DNA of 34,041 nucleotides from a bacterium (GTDB lineage Bacteria > Zhuqueibacterota > Zhuqueibacteria > Oceanimicrobiales > Oceanimicrobiaceae): assembly GCA_037446635.1 (NCBI GenBank), contig JBBIIG010000023.1, positions 782-34,822 of the forward strand, in the 5' to 3' direction. The first letter of the stretch is position 1. Every line of letters starts with the position of its first letter. The notes beneath the pieces are model-generated. The model was not told where the DNA came from. It worked only from the letters and a program-made list of their open reading frames with translations, and did not search any database. This document shows positions 9,281-17,907 of the stretch, one piece after another. The position numbers were made by a program, and so were the translations under genes.

Positions 9281-9399
9281 TGGAGTACTGGAGAACTGGA
9301 CTTGTGGAACGCTGGATTAATGGATTGATGGAAGAGTGAAGGACATCTTCATCGATCCATTGATCCAATACTCCAATACTCCAATACTCCATTAATCCT
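9281..9399. repeat. Inverted pair of degenerate 8-bp tandem arrays
   Basis: Seven TGGANNNN units from 9281, then six NNNNTCCA-type units from 9352, including ATACTCCA x3. Confidence 0.8.
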
Positions 9400-9435
9400 C
9401 GATGAGAAATCTCAAAACTGATTTAAGGAGGAACA

Positions 9436-9861
9436 ATGCAGAGAATACTAATTTTGTGTACCGGCAACTCCTGCCGCAGTCAAATGGCCGAGGGATTTTT
9501 GAAGTCATTCGATTCGAAATTGGAGGTCCATTCCGCGGGGACGAAGCCGGCTGAGCGGGTTCATCCCAAAGCAGTGGAGGTGATGAAGGAAGTGGGGATT
9601 GACCTTAGTGGCAATAAACCGAAAATGGTGGATCAATTTCTCGATCAGCCGTTCGATTACGTTATCACCGTGTGCGATCACGCGAAAGAGACGTGTCCGG
9701 TGTTCACCGGCAAAGTCAAGCAGCGGCTGCACATCGGTTTCGACGATCCCGCTGCGGCTACTGGAACGGAAGACGAAGTTTACGCCATTTTTCGCCGCGT
9801 GCGCGATGAGATTCGCGACAGCTTCCAAGAGTTTTATGAACAAATCAAACAAAAGGAGTAA
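9436..9861 (+). CDS. arsC: Thioredoxin-coupled arsenate reductase (LMW-PTP fold)
   Basis: P-loop CTGNSCRSQMAEG, resolving cysteines in TVCD...TCP, and FDDP. Confidence 0.93.
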   Translation: MQRILILCTGNSCRSQMAEGFLKSFDSKLEVHSAGTKPAERVHPKAVEVMKEVGIDLSGNKPKMVDQFLDQPFDYVITVCDHAKETCPVFTGKVKQRLHIGFDDPAAATGTEDEVYAIFRRVRDEIRDSFQEFYEQIKQKE

Positions 9862-9865
9862 TGAG

Positions 9866-10120
9866 ATGCTAAACATAAAAGTGGTGGGTCCCGGCTGTGG
9901 CAATTGCCAGCGACTGGAAGCCTTGTGCAAAGAAGTGGTAGCCGAAAACGGCATCGAGGCGCAAATCGAGAAGGTCACGGATTTCAGGCAGTTTGCGGAT
10001 CTGGGTATCCTCTGGACGCCGGGTCTGGTCATCAACGGTCAGGTCATGGCCAGCGGCAAGATTCCGGTCAAAAGTACGCTGGCGCACTGGATACAGGACG
10101 CCGTAAATGGTAAACGATAA
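9866..10120 (+). CDS. Small redox-active disulfide (thioredoxin-like) protein
   Basis: MLNIKVVGPGCGNC...TPGLVING...GKIP. True start is ATG 9866; the ORF track extends it upstream. Confidence 0.88.
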   Translation: MLNIKVVGPGCGNCQRLEALCKEVVAENGIEAQIEKVTDFRQFADLGILWTPGLVINGQVMASGKIPVKSTLAHWIQDAVNGKR

Positions 10121-10153
10121 CGCAATTATTCAACGAATAAAAAGGGTTTCAAA

Positions 10154-11262
10154 ATGGCAAGATTCAACAAGCGATAGAGAAGCTGCAAAATTTCAAGCTG
10201 CTGCCGCTTTTCGTCATCATCAGCATGGTGATCGGCATCGGCCTCGGCAAGCTCTACGGCATCTCGAACTTTGAGCTTACGCCGCCCATCGATGCCATCA
10301 TCGCGATTTTCAAAGGCACGTACACCTTCTCCCTGGCCAACTCGCTGGCGCTGGGCGTGGTCATCGGCTTGTTCTTGATGATGTACCCGGCCATGACCAA
10401 CATCAAATTCGAGGACCTCGGTCGCGCCGTCAAGTCGCCCAAGCAGCTCCTGGTGGTGCTGTTTTTCAACTTTGCGGTGGCGCCGTTCTGGATGCTGCTG
10501 TTGGCCAACTTTTTTCTCGAGCCCGGAAGCGATTTCCACACCGGCCTGGTGCTGTACGGCCTGGCGCCGTGCATCGCTATGGTGATCATTTTCACCTTCC
10601 TCTCTTTCGGTAACACGGCGATGGCGATTGTCCTGGTGGCGATGAACTCCATTCTGCAGATGATTCTGATTCCAGTCTATGCCCACTGGCTTCTGGGCGA
10701 AGTGAATTTTAATGTCTGGGTGGTGGCCGAGAGCGTGGTACTCTATCTCGGCCTGCCGCTGGTGGCCGGCTTTTTTACCCGGCGCTGGGGCGTGAAAAAG
10801 TACGGCGAGGAGGGCTTCAAGAAGGTCAAGACCTATCTCGACAGCCTGTCCATTATCGGTTTGCTGTTCACGCTGATCGTGATGTTCGCGCTCAAAGGCG
10901 ATTTAATCGTGGCGCAGCCCGGCATCATCCTGCAACTGGCCGTCCCGATGACCCTGTTTTTCTGGAGCATGTTCATCGTGGTCTATCTGTTTGGCTGGAA
11001 GCTGGGCTTCAACTACAAAGACGCCACCGCCGTGGCCTTCAACACCACCGGCCGCGATTTTGAAATCGCCATCGCCATTGCCATCACCGCCTTCAACCCC
11101 ACGGTCGCGCTGGCGACGGTGGTGGGCCCGCTCATCGAGGTACCGGTGATGCTGGTCTTGGTGTGGTTTGCTCGCGCCAGCCGACAGCGCTTATTTGCCG
11201 AGACCGCTGAAGCGGTTGAGATCGTACAGGCCACCGCGGCTCAAAGAAAGGAGGTAGCTTAA
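10154..11262 (+). CDS. acr3: Acr3-family arsenite efflux pump; apparent 1-nt frameshift just after the likely start
   Basis: MMYPAM, GLAPCIAMV, FEIAIAIAI and GPLIEVPVM motifs. The frame is open from 10141 and encodes TM1, but the ATG at 10154 is out of frame. The first in-frame ATG is 10225. Confidence 0.9.
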
Positions 11263-11264
11263 CC

Positions 11265-12158
11265 ATGTTCAGAAAAGTATTGTTTCCAACGGATTTTGGC
11301 GAATTTGCCGGCCACGTGCTCACCTGCCTGGGCGACCTGCGCAATGCGGGCCTGGAAGAGGTGGTGCTGCTGCATGTCATCGACGCCGATGAGCTCAACC
11401 AAAATCTTCTGGCTTCATTTTATAAAATCGACGAAGCCCGGTTGCGGGAGATTGCGCAGATCAAGCTGAAAGAATACCAGCAAACCCTGGAGAGCAAAGG
11501 CATTCGTGTCAAGGCGGAGATTGCCACCGGCATCCCCAGCAACAAAATCGTGCGAGTCGCAGAGGCCGAAGGTGTGTCCTTGATCATTGGCGGCACGCAG
11601 CGCCGCCGCGGCGAGGAGGAAGACAAGCTGGATACCACCACCGCGCGGGTGATCCGCAAAAGCAAGCTGCCGGTGCTGGTGATCAAACTCACCGAAGACG
11701 AGATGGCCCACCCGGCTGAGTGCGAGCGCTTTTGCGGCCGGCTGTTCAGCAAAGTGCTGTTCCCCACCGACTGGTCGGACTGCGCCAAAGCCACGCTGGC
11801 CGAGGTGAAAAAACTGCGCGGCGTCGCCCGGCAAATCCTGGTCGGCCACGTCATGGATGAACGGGTACTGAGACATCTCGATCCCAAAAAAATCGAGGAA
11901 TACCGCCAGAACGATTTAAGGCGACTGGACGAAGTTGAGAAGGAGCTGCGCGGCCTTGGCTTCGCGGTGGATACGCATCTGCACGTGGGGCATCCGGCCG
12001 CGGAAATCAACCGCATCGCCGACGAACAGGAGGCGTCGCTGGTGGTCATCGGCAAAAAAGGCAAGACCGGGCTGAAAGAGATCATCTGGGGCAGCACCTC
12101 GGAACACCTGGTGCGCCAGAGCAATCGCTCGGTTTTGGTATATTACTGTTGTGATTAA
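11265..12158 (+). CDS. Tandem-domain universal stress protein ending in Cys-Cys-Asp
   Basis: Two copies of KVLFPTD(F/W); second domain has GKKGKTG...WGSTSE. C-terminus YYCCD. Confidence 0.9.
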   Translation: MFRKVLFPTDFGEFAGHVLTCLGDLRNAGLEEVVLLHVIDADELNQNLLASFYKIDEARLREIAQIKLKEYQQTLESKGIRVKAEIATGIPSNKIVRVAEAEGVSLIIGGTQRRRGEEEDKLDTTTARVIRKSKLPVLVIKLTEDEMAHPAECERFCGRLFSKVLFPTDWSDCAKATLAEVKKLRGVARQILVGHVMDERVLRHLDPKKIEEYRQNDLRRLDEVEKELRGLGFAVDTHLHVGHPAAEINRIADEQEASLVVIGKKGKTGLKEIIWGSTSEHLVRQSNRSVLVYYCCD

Positions 12159-12179
12159 GAAAAATGGAGGTGTTTGGCC

Positions 12180-12533
12180 ATGAAGAAAGCAATTTTAATG
12201 TGCACGTGCAGCTTTGCCTGCCCGAGCATGAAGGACATCAATTTTGGCGAGCTTTCCGAACGCATTCGCCTGGAAATTCCGCACGACTACATGGCCCTGC
12301 ATCCGCGACTGTGTGAAGCGAACGGCGAAGAATTCATGAGCCGGATTTTGAAAGACGATTCGGTTTACATCACCCCGGCCTGTAAAGAAACCAATCAGAA
12401 GAAGCTGTTGCGCGATGCCTTCGAACGCGCCGGCGTGTCCATGGATGACCACTGGAAACCGGTGATGATGAGTTTCAAGAACACCGAGCAAGTTTTCGAA
12501 GAAGTCAAAAAGAAGGTCGAGGAGGTGGGGTAA
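12180..12533 (+). CDS. Small Cys-rich protein resembling the N-terminal domain of heterodisulfide reductase A
   Basis: CTC-x3-C ... HPRLC ... PAC ... RDAFERAG pattern. RBS GGAGG. Confidence 0.6.
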   Translation: MKKAILMCTCSFACPSMKDINFGELSERIRLEIPHDYMALHPRLCEANGEEFMSRILKDDSVYITPACKETNQKKLLRDAFERAGVSMDDHWKPVMMSFKNTEQVFEEVKKKVEEVG

Positions 12534-12534
12534 A

Positions 12535-12849
12535 ATGGCTGGCACTGGCTACATGGGAATTCCTCGCGAGGAAATCCCGTGGCACCCGACCATCGACCCT
12601 GACATGTGCACCGGCTGCGGCGAGTGCTTAGACTTCTGCGCCAACGACGTCTTCGAGCTAAACGAAGATGAGATGATCATGGCCGTGAAGAATCCCTACA
12701 ACTGCGTGGTCGGCTGCGACCGCTGCGCCGAGTTCTGCGCTACGGGCGCCCTGTCTTTTCCGAGCAAAGAGGATCTGGTCGCCACCCTCCGGGAGCTGCG
12801 GGTCAAATACGCCCAGGCGGCGGAAAAGGAAAGAGTTCAAAGTACTTAA
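12535..12849 (+). CDS. 2x[4Fe-4S] ferredoxin
   Basis: CTGCGECLDFC and CVVGCDRCAEFC. N-terminal PREEIPWHPTID. Confidence 0.9.
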   Translation: MAGTGYMGIPREEIPWHPTIDPDMCTGCGECLDFCANDVFELNEDEMIMAVKNPYNCVVGCDRCAEFCATGALSFPSKEDLVATLRELRVKYAQAAEKERVQST

Positions 12850-12850
12850 T

Positions 12851-13327
12851 ATGTATGAACGATTGGAGAAACAGGCCGCAGCATTACACCACCTCGTCGC
12901 CGAGCTGATGAAGAAATACCAGTTCCGCCACCGCCAAGAAATCTGCTGTCATGGCATCTCGATCACCCAGTATTACGCGCTGGCGGCACTTGGCGAGACC
13001 GGGAAATTGTCGATGGGCGAATTAGCCAGGCAGATGCGTCTGAACGTGAGCACGATGACGCGCATCGTCGATCAGCTTGTTGCCAAAAGCCTGGTGCATC
13101 GGTGGATGGATCCTCAAGATCACCGCGTCTGTGACGTGGCGCTCACCCAACAGGGACGGTCGCTGCTCGGGGAGATCACGGGCGAATTGCTGGAAACAGA
13201 GAAAGCGATTCTCTGTTGCATTCACCCCGAGGAGCGCGAGACATTGATCGTCGCTTTGAGAGAACTATCGAGAGCGGTGGATCAATGGCTGGCGCTCGCT
13301 CGACAAAAAGAAGGAGTAACCCCATGA
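12851..13327 (+). CDS. MarR-family regulator with vicinal cysteines
   Basis: MGELA...STMTRIVDQLVAKSLV...DHR...LTQQG; ICCHG and LCCIH. Confidence 0.88.
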   Translation: MYERLEKQAAALHHLVAELMKKYQFRHRQEICCHGISITQYYALAALGETGKLSMGELARQMRLNVSTMTRIVDQLVAKSLVHRWMDPQDHRVCDVALTQQGRSLLGEITGELLETEKAILCCIHPEERETLIVALRELSRAVDQWLALARQKEGVTP

Positions 13328-13533
13328 AGGCTGAACAATTCATTCACGAATTTGACGCGCTCTCGCCTGACGACAAGAAGCGCGTGCTGATGGCCATTGG
13401 CCCTGCCTTCTGCCGCGAGCTGATGAGCCATCCCGATCTAATCATGGAGATGCGAGGGTGGTGTCGAAACAATTTGACACCAGGTGAAATGCAGGACATA
13501 ATTGCGATGTTTCGCCGCAAAGCGGAGAAATAA
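13324..13533 (+). CDS. Small hypothetical protein (69 aa, two Cys)
   Basis: RBS AAGGAG, ATGA overlap with the MarR stop, and the ORF fills the operon gap. Confidence 0.65.
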   Translation: MKAEQFIHEFDALSPDDKKRVLMAIGPAFCRELMSHPDLIMEMRGWCRNNLTPGEMQDIIAMFRRKAEK

Positions 13534-13557
13534 TGCAATCAACTAAAGGAGTACAAA

Positions 13558-14925
13558 ATGGGAGTTGCGCAACCTGTTACGCATAAGAAAAGTCAGCGCG
13601 GAGGGGAACTTGTCAAAGCGCTGCTTTTCCGTAAGCCCAACCGGCGCGAGGTGGGATACCTTGCGTTGGTAGCGCTGTTCTACGCCCTGGGCGTGGGATA
13701 TGTCTATATCCACGATTTGTCCTTTCAATCGCTTTTTCTTTATGGACTGCTGCAGCCGCAAGGCGTCACCGGAGAGGCGGCGCGGCTCACCGAAATCGAT
13801 ACGCCGCTGTCGTGGAATCTTTTGCAGGTGGGCTGGTTTGTCCTGATCAAAGGCGCTGCGGTGCTGGTGGAGCTGTTCCAATACTGGGTGGTGGGCATGC
13901 TCATTGCTGGCGCGCTGGTGGTGTTTGTTTCCTAGACTAAAGTGAAACAAAAGATGGGCTACGGCGGCGTGAAGGCCAATTTCCTCGCCACCACCTCGGG
14001 CGCGATTATTCCCATCTGCTCCTGCGGCATCGTGCCGGTGCTGGCGGGCATGGTGGAAGCCGGCATTCCACTGGGCGCGACCATGGCCTTTCTCATCGCC
14101 GCGCCGATGTTGAATATCCCGACGGTGTTTATGACGGCCGGTGTGCTGGGGTGGAAAATGGCGATTGGCCGCATCATTGCCACCTTCGGCATTGCGCTGG
14201 CGGTCGGGCAGGTGCTGGCCTACTGGCAGCGCCAACACCGTGGACTGAAGCATTTTCTCAAAATCAAAGTCGCACCCAAACTCTCGCCCGAACTACAGCG
14301 GTTTGCCTTTCAAATCGGCATGAAGTTAGTCAACAATCCGGACGGCGCCAGCACCGCCGACATTGGCGCTCAGCACGAAAGCAAGCTTTTGCAGTTGGAG
14401 GAAGCGGGCTTGATTGAACGCAACCATCTTGGCAACTGGCAGCTTGTGGTGTCCGACGCCGAAGCGCCGCAAAACGCCTGTTTTGTGTTGCCCAGCGGCG
14501 ACATCAAGCGCCCCTTCGGCGAAAAAATTCGCGAGACCCTTCGCACCGCCTACGATTTCTTTCTGCAGCTCAACTACTATCTCATTCTGGCGGTGGTGAT
14601 TGCCGGCGCCATCAAAGTGCTGATTCCGACTTCGGTCATCGTCAATTTTGTCGGCGGGGAAAGTTTAAACTCAGTGCTGGTAGCCTCAGCCGTCGCGGTG
14701 CTGGCCTATGTTTGCACCTATGTGGAAGTGCCCACCGCGGTGGCGCTGATGGCCAAGGGCATGGGCGGCGGCGCTACGCTGGCCTATCTGCTGGGCGGCC
14801 CGGGGCTGTCGCTGCCTTCGATTGCCATGCTTTCGGGAGTTTTTAAAGCTCGAGTATTGGCGCTCTATGTTGGCGTCAGTTTTTTGGGATGCGTTGTCGC
14901 AGGTTACCTTTTTAATTTATTTTAG
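13558..14925 (+). pseudogene. Second ArsP/DUF318-family permease, interrupted by an in-frame TAG at 13933-13935
   Basis: ORFs 13558..13935 and 13942..14925 share a frame (VFVS*TKVKQKMG). PICSCG, AFLIAAP, YVCTYVEVP and GPGLSLP motifs. Confidence 0.8.
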
Positions 14926-14936
14926 GAGATAGAAGA

Positions 14937-15281
14937 ATGGCTGATCCAGAAGTAAGAATTTTTTCCATGCCGCAAGAGTTCCCGTGCGGGCCGGCCTCGG
15001 AGTGCTGCGGCCCCATCGGCCAGACTGAGGAAGAATTGCAAACGCTAAAGCAAGGACTTGAGCGAGAACTCGGCGTTCAGGTCCAAACCTTTAATGTCAA
15101 AAATGGTGCGGACATGAAGGAGCACCGCCAGATCCTGGCCTTGCTGCGATCTTTTGGCTGGGGCGTCTTGCCTATCATTGCGGTGGGCGATGAAGTGGTC
15201 AGCATGGGCGCCCCGCGCGTCGAAGATGCGGCGGCAGCCGTGCGCAATAAGCTGAATACTGTAATGATTAATTCAAAGTGA
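14937..15281 (+). CDS. ArsD-like arsenic metallochaperone / thioredoxin-fold protein
   Basis: N-terminal IF...CGPASECCGP Cys cluster and C-terminal LPIIAVGDEVVSMG, as in ArsD-type folds. Confidence 0.6.
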   Translation: MADPEVRIFSMPQEFPCGPASECCGPIGQTEEELQTLKQGLERELGVQVQTFNVKNGADMKEHRQILALLRSFGWGVLPIIAVGDEVVSMGAPRVEDAAAAVRNKLNTVMINSK

Positions 15282-15292
15282 GGAGATGAAAC

Positions 15293-15526
15293 ATGCCAAC
15301 CTACGAATTCGGCTGCATCGATTGTGGCGAAAAATTCGAGATTTTTGCTACAGTCAGTCAAAAGGAAAGCGGGCTGGATTTAACCTGCCCCAAATGCGGG
15401 GGGATGAAGGTCGCCCAGCTTTTTAACAGCATTAACTTTGTCAAATCCAACGCCGGCAGCGCCGACAAGGCTTTTCAAATGTCGGGCGGCTGCGGCCCCA
15501 ACGCCGGCCCCAACTGCTGCGGATGA
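15293..15526 (+). CDS. FmdB-family zinc-ribbon protein with a CCG tail
   Basis: MPTYEFGCIDCG...CPKCG; ends GGCGPNAGPNCCG. Confidence 0.88.
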   Translation: MPTYEFGCIDCGEKFEIFATVSQKESGLDLTCPKCGGMKVAQLFNSINFVKSNAGSADKAFQMSGGCGPNAGPNCCG

Positions 15527-15537
15527 AGGAGACAATC

Positions 15538-15939
15538 ATGGCAATACAAACTTCAGAAGGCGTGCTGACTAAGGAAGCTCTGCTCTCCGAAGCCGCCCAC
15601 CTCGGAAGCGCCGTGCGCGCTTCGAAAGTGTTTCAAGATTTTGTTACGGCACAGCACGCAGCCGACATCAGCGCTAAAGTACGACAAGCGCGCCAGCAGC
15701 TTTTCGAAGCCAGAGCGAGGGTGCAGAATGCAATGCAGAACCTGGGCGACGTAGCCAGCGCGGTTCACCACTTTCAGTCGGCGCAGGCTGAATTACAGTC
15801 GCTGCCGGAACTCAAAAAGCTCTTCGCCAGCCAGCAGGAGCTCTTAAGCCTGTTTGAATTCCTCGCCGCACAAATCAGCCAAGCGAGCGGGGTGGATTTT
15901 GTCGATGCCTGCCGGGTTTCAAGCGGCTGTTGCGGATAA
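15538..15939 (+). CDS. YlbF/YmcA-like helical protein with a CCG tail
   Basis: LGSAVRASKVFQDF...QISQASGVDF helical pattern; ends CRVSSGCCG. RBS AGGAG before ATG 15538. Confidence 0.65.
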   Translation: MAIQTSEGVLTKEALLSEAAHLGSAVRASKVFQDFVTAQHAADISAKVRQARQQLFEARARVQNAMQNLGDVASAVHHFQSAQAELQSLPELKKLFASQQELLSLFEFLAAQISQASGVDFVDACRVSSGCCG

Positions 15940-15956
15940 TTTTGAGGGTTAATGAT

Positions 15957-16289
15957 ATGGATTCCAAACTAAAATCAGAAATTGAAGGCTTTGCCGATGC
16001 GCTTCGGCAATCCGAGGCCGTTTACAATTACTTGAGTGCAAAGGCAGAAGTAGAAAGCGACGGTCAATATGCCGGATTTATAAACCAGATTGAGGGACAA
16101 GCTCCGGCTGGCGATGTAGCCGCGCTGAATGTGACCTGGCAGACGGTTGCCGACGCGCCACAATTGCGCGCCTATCTGCAGGCCAGACTTGCGCTGGTCA
16201 AGCTATTGCAGGAAATTAATGAGCAGATCAGTTCTGAGGTTGGTTTCAACATCGCTGCCAGTTTACAGCCCGCTTCGTGCTGCGGTTAA
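15957..16289 (+). CDS. Second YlbF/YmcA-like protein with a CCG tail
   Basis: FADALRQSEAVYNY...LLQEINEQISSEVGFN; ends ASCCG. Confidence 0.65.
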   Translation: MDSKLKSEIEGFADALRQSEAVYNYLSAKAEVESDGQYAGFINQIEGQAPAGDVAALNVTWQTVADAPQLRAYLQARLALVKLLQEINEQISSEVGFNIAASLQPASCCG

Positions 16290-16365
16290 AGATTTCCAAT
16301 TTGATGAGAGCAAAGTGAGCGCGTCAAGTGAAAAGGAATAAGTCAAAGGAATAAGGAGCAAGAAT

Positions 16366-16614
16366 ATGACTGTGAAAATCCTGGGCATCGGCTGCCCGAA
16401 ATGTAAAATCCTGGAAACCAAAGTTAAGGAAGTGGCCATGAAAAATGGCATCGGCTGCGAGATTGAAAAAGTCACTGACCTGTCGCAGATCATGAATTAC
16501 GGCGTGATGATGACGCCCGGTCTGGTCATCAACGAGCAGGTGAAGAGTGTCGGTGCCGTTCCCGGCGAAACGCAGATTCTGCAGTGGCTGCGGGAGGTGC
16601 AACATGCGCTCTAA
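16366..16614 (+). CDS. Small redox-active disulfide (thioredoxin-like) protein, paralogue of 9866..10120
   Basis: KILGIGCPKC...IEKVTD...YGVMMTPGLVINE. Confidence 0.9.
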   Translation: MTVKILGIGCPKCKILETKVKEVAMKNGIGCEIEKVTDLSQIMNYGVMMTPGLVINEQVKSVGAVPGETQILQWLREVQHAL

Positions 16615-17190
16615 AATTCTTGCACTGGTTTTCTTGATGTCCGCCGCGCTGCTGGTTTCCTGTGGGAGTGAGCAGACGCAAACAACCCGCGAGCAAGTTA
16701 AAACAGGCGGCCAGCTTACCGCAGATCAGAACCGAGAGCCAACCACCCGTGACGTTGGCGCTAATAGCGACCATCCCACCGGCAAACACGAGACGAACAG
16801 CCCGCGCCAACAACTCCCAAGAAAGTAGTCAGCGAGAAAAAAAATTCCGCACCCAAAATCACTTTTATTGAACTGGGCTCGGTCAATTGCATCCCCTGCA
16901 AGGCCATGCAGCCCGTGATGAAGTCCATCGAACAAAAATATGGCGAACAAATCCGAGTTGTCTTTTACGATGTCTGGACGCCCGAGCAGCAGAAGTACGC
17001 GCAACAGTTTGGCATTCGTCTGATTCCCACACAAGTCTTTCTCGACGCGAACGGTTCGGAAATCTTTCGCCACGAGGGCTTTTTTCCGGAAGCTGAGATT
17101 GATCAGTTTCTGCGGGCGCAGGGGTTGGCGGAAACCCTGCCTGCGCGGGCAGGCGATCCGCATCGCGGAAAAGCCCAGCAAGGATCGTGA
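16604..17190 (+). pseudogene. Thioredoxin-domain lipoprotein, frameshifted between 16768 and 16828
   Basis: Lipoprotein signal MRSKIL...LLVSC in one frame (stop at 16828). KITFIELGSVNCIPCKAM...IPTQVF thioredoxin domain in the -1 frame, with no start of its own before the CxxC. Confidence 0.8.
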
Positions 17191-17199
17191 GGCGCTCAA

Positions 17200-17904
17200 A
17201 TGATTTCGGAAACGTTTAGCGTTTTGAGTCAGGCTCTCGGCGATGCCTTTGGCGTTGCTCTGCTGGCGGCGCTGGCCTGGGGCGTGCTGAGTATATTGTT
17301 GAGTCCCTGCCATCTTTCCAGCATCCCACTGATCATCGGCTACATCAGTACCCAGGGAACGGTCACTGCGCGGCGTTCCTTCAATCTGTCCGCCGTCTTC
17401 GCTTTGGGCGTACTGGTGACCATCGCCTTTATTGGAATCATCACAGCCTCGCTGGGACGGTTAATGGGAGATGTTGGCGCGGCTGGCAACCTGCTGGTGG
17501 CAGGCATATTTGTGATCATCGGTCTGTACTTGATGGACCTCTTGCGATTGAATTGGAGCGGTGTACGTATGCAGCAGACTCGCTTGCGCGGTGCGGCCGG
17601 TGCGCTGACACTGGGACTGCTGTTCGGCATCGGACTCGGGCCGTGCACCTTTGCCTACATGGCGCCCGTGCTGGGTACGGTGTTTCACCTTTCGCAGACC
17701 AGCGTGGTCAAAGCCAATTCACTGCTGCTGGCGTTTGGCCTGGGTCACGTGGGAGTGATCGTGGGCGCCGGATCGTTGGGCAACTGGGTGCAGCGCTACC
17801 TCAACTGGACCGGCAGCTCAAAAGCGATGGTGCGGGTGAAGCGTGTCTGCGGCGGGCTGGTGCTGCTGGGCGGGGTGTATTTAATTTTCACGACCTTGTC
17901 ATAA
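17200..17904 (+). CDS. ccdA: CcdA/DsbD-beta transmembrane electron transporter
   Basis: LSPCHL and LGPCTF redox cysteines; about 6 TMs. Confidence 0.88.
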   Translation: MISETFSVLSQALGDAFGVALLAALAWGVLSILLSPCHLSSIPLIIGYISTQGTVTARRSFNLSAVFALGVLVTIAFIGIITASLGRLMGDVGAAGNLLVAGIFVIIGLYLMDLLRLNWSGVRMQQTRLRGAAGALTLGLLFGIGLGPCTFAYMAPVLGTVFHLSQTSVVKANSLLLAFGLGHVGVIVGAGSLGNWVQRYLNWTGSSKAMVRVKRVCGGLVLLGGVYLIFTTLS

Positions 17905-17907
17905 AGA

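Noticed and set aside
9281..9399. CRISPR array
   Set aside because: The units are 8 bp with no unique spacers and are arranged as an inverted pair. There are no cas genes.
7891..9865. Extended N-termini given by the ORF track (7891, 9599; also 13216, 15930, 16547, 22224)
   Set aside because: The extensions overlap upstream genes or lack an RBS. Downstream ATGs match the family N-termini and, in most cases, SD positions.
13933..13935. Genome-wide TAG reassignment or pyrrolysine
   Set aside because: TAG terminates several intact genes in this window and no pyl genes are visible. A Trp->stop change is simpler.
11265..17190. Selenocysteine recoding in the Cys-rich ars proteins
   Set aside because: The redox and CC motifs use TGC/TGT. 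The TGA codons seen (e.g. 15524-15526) fall at natural protein ends followed by the next gene's RBS.
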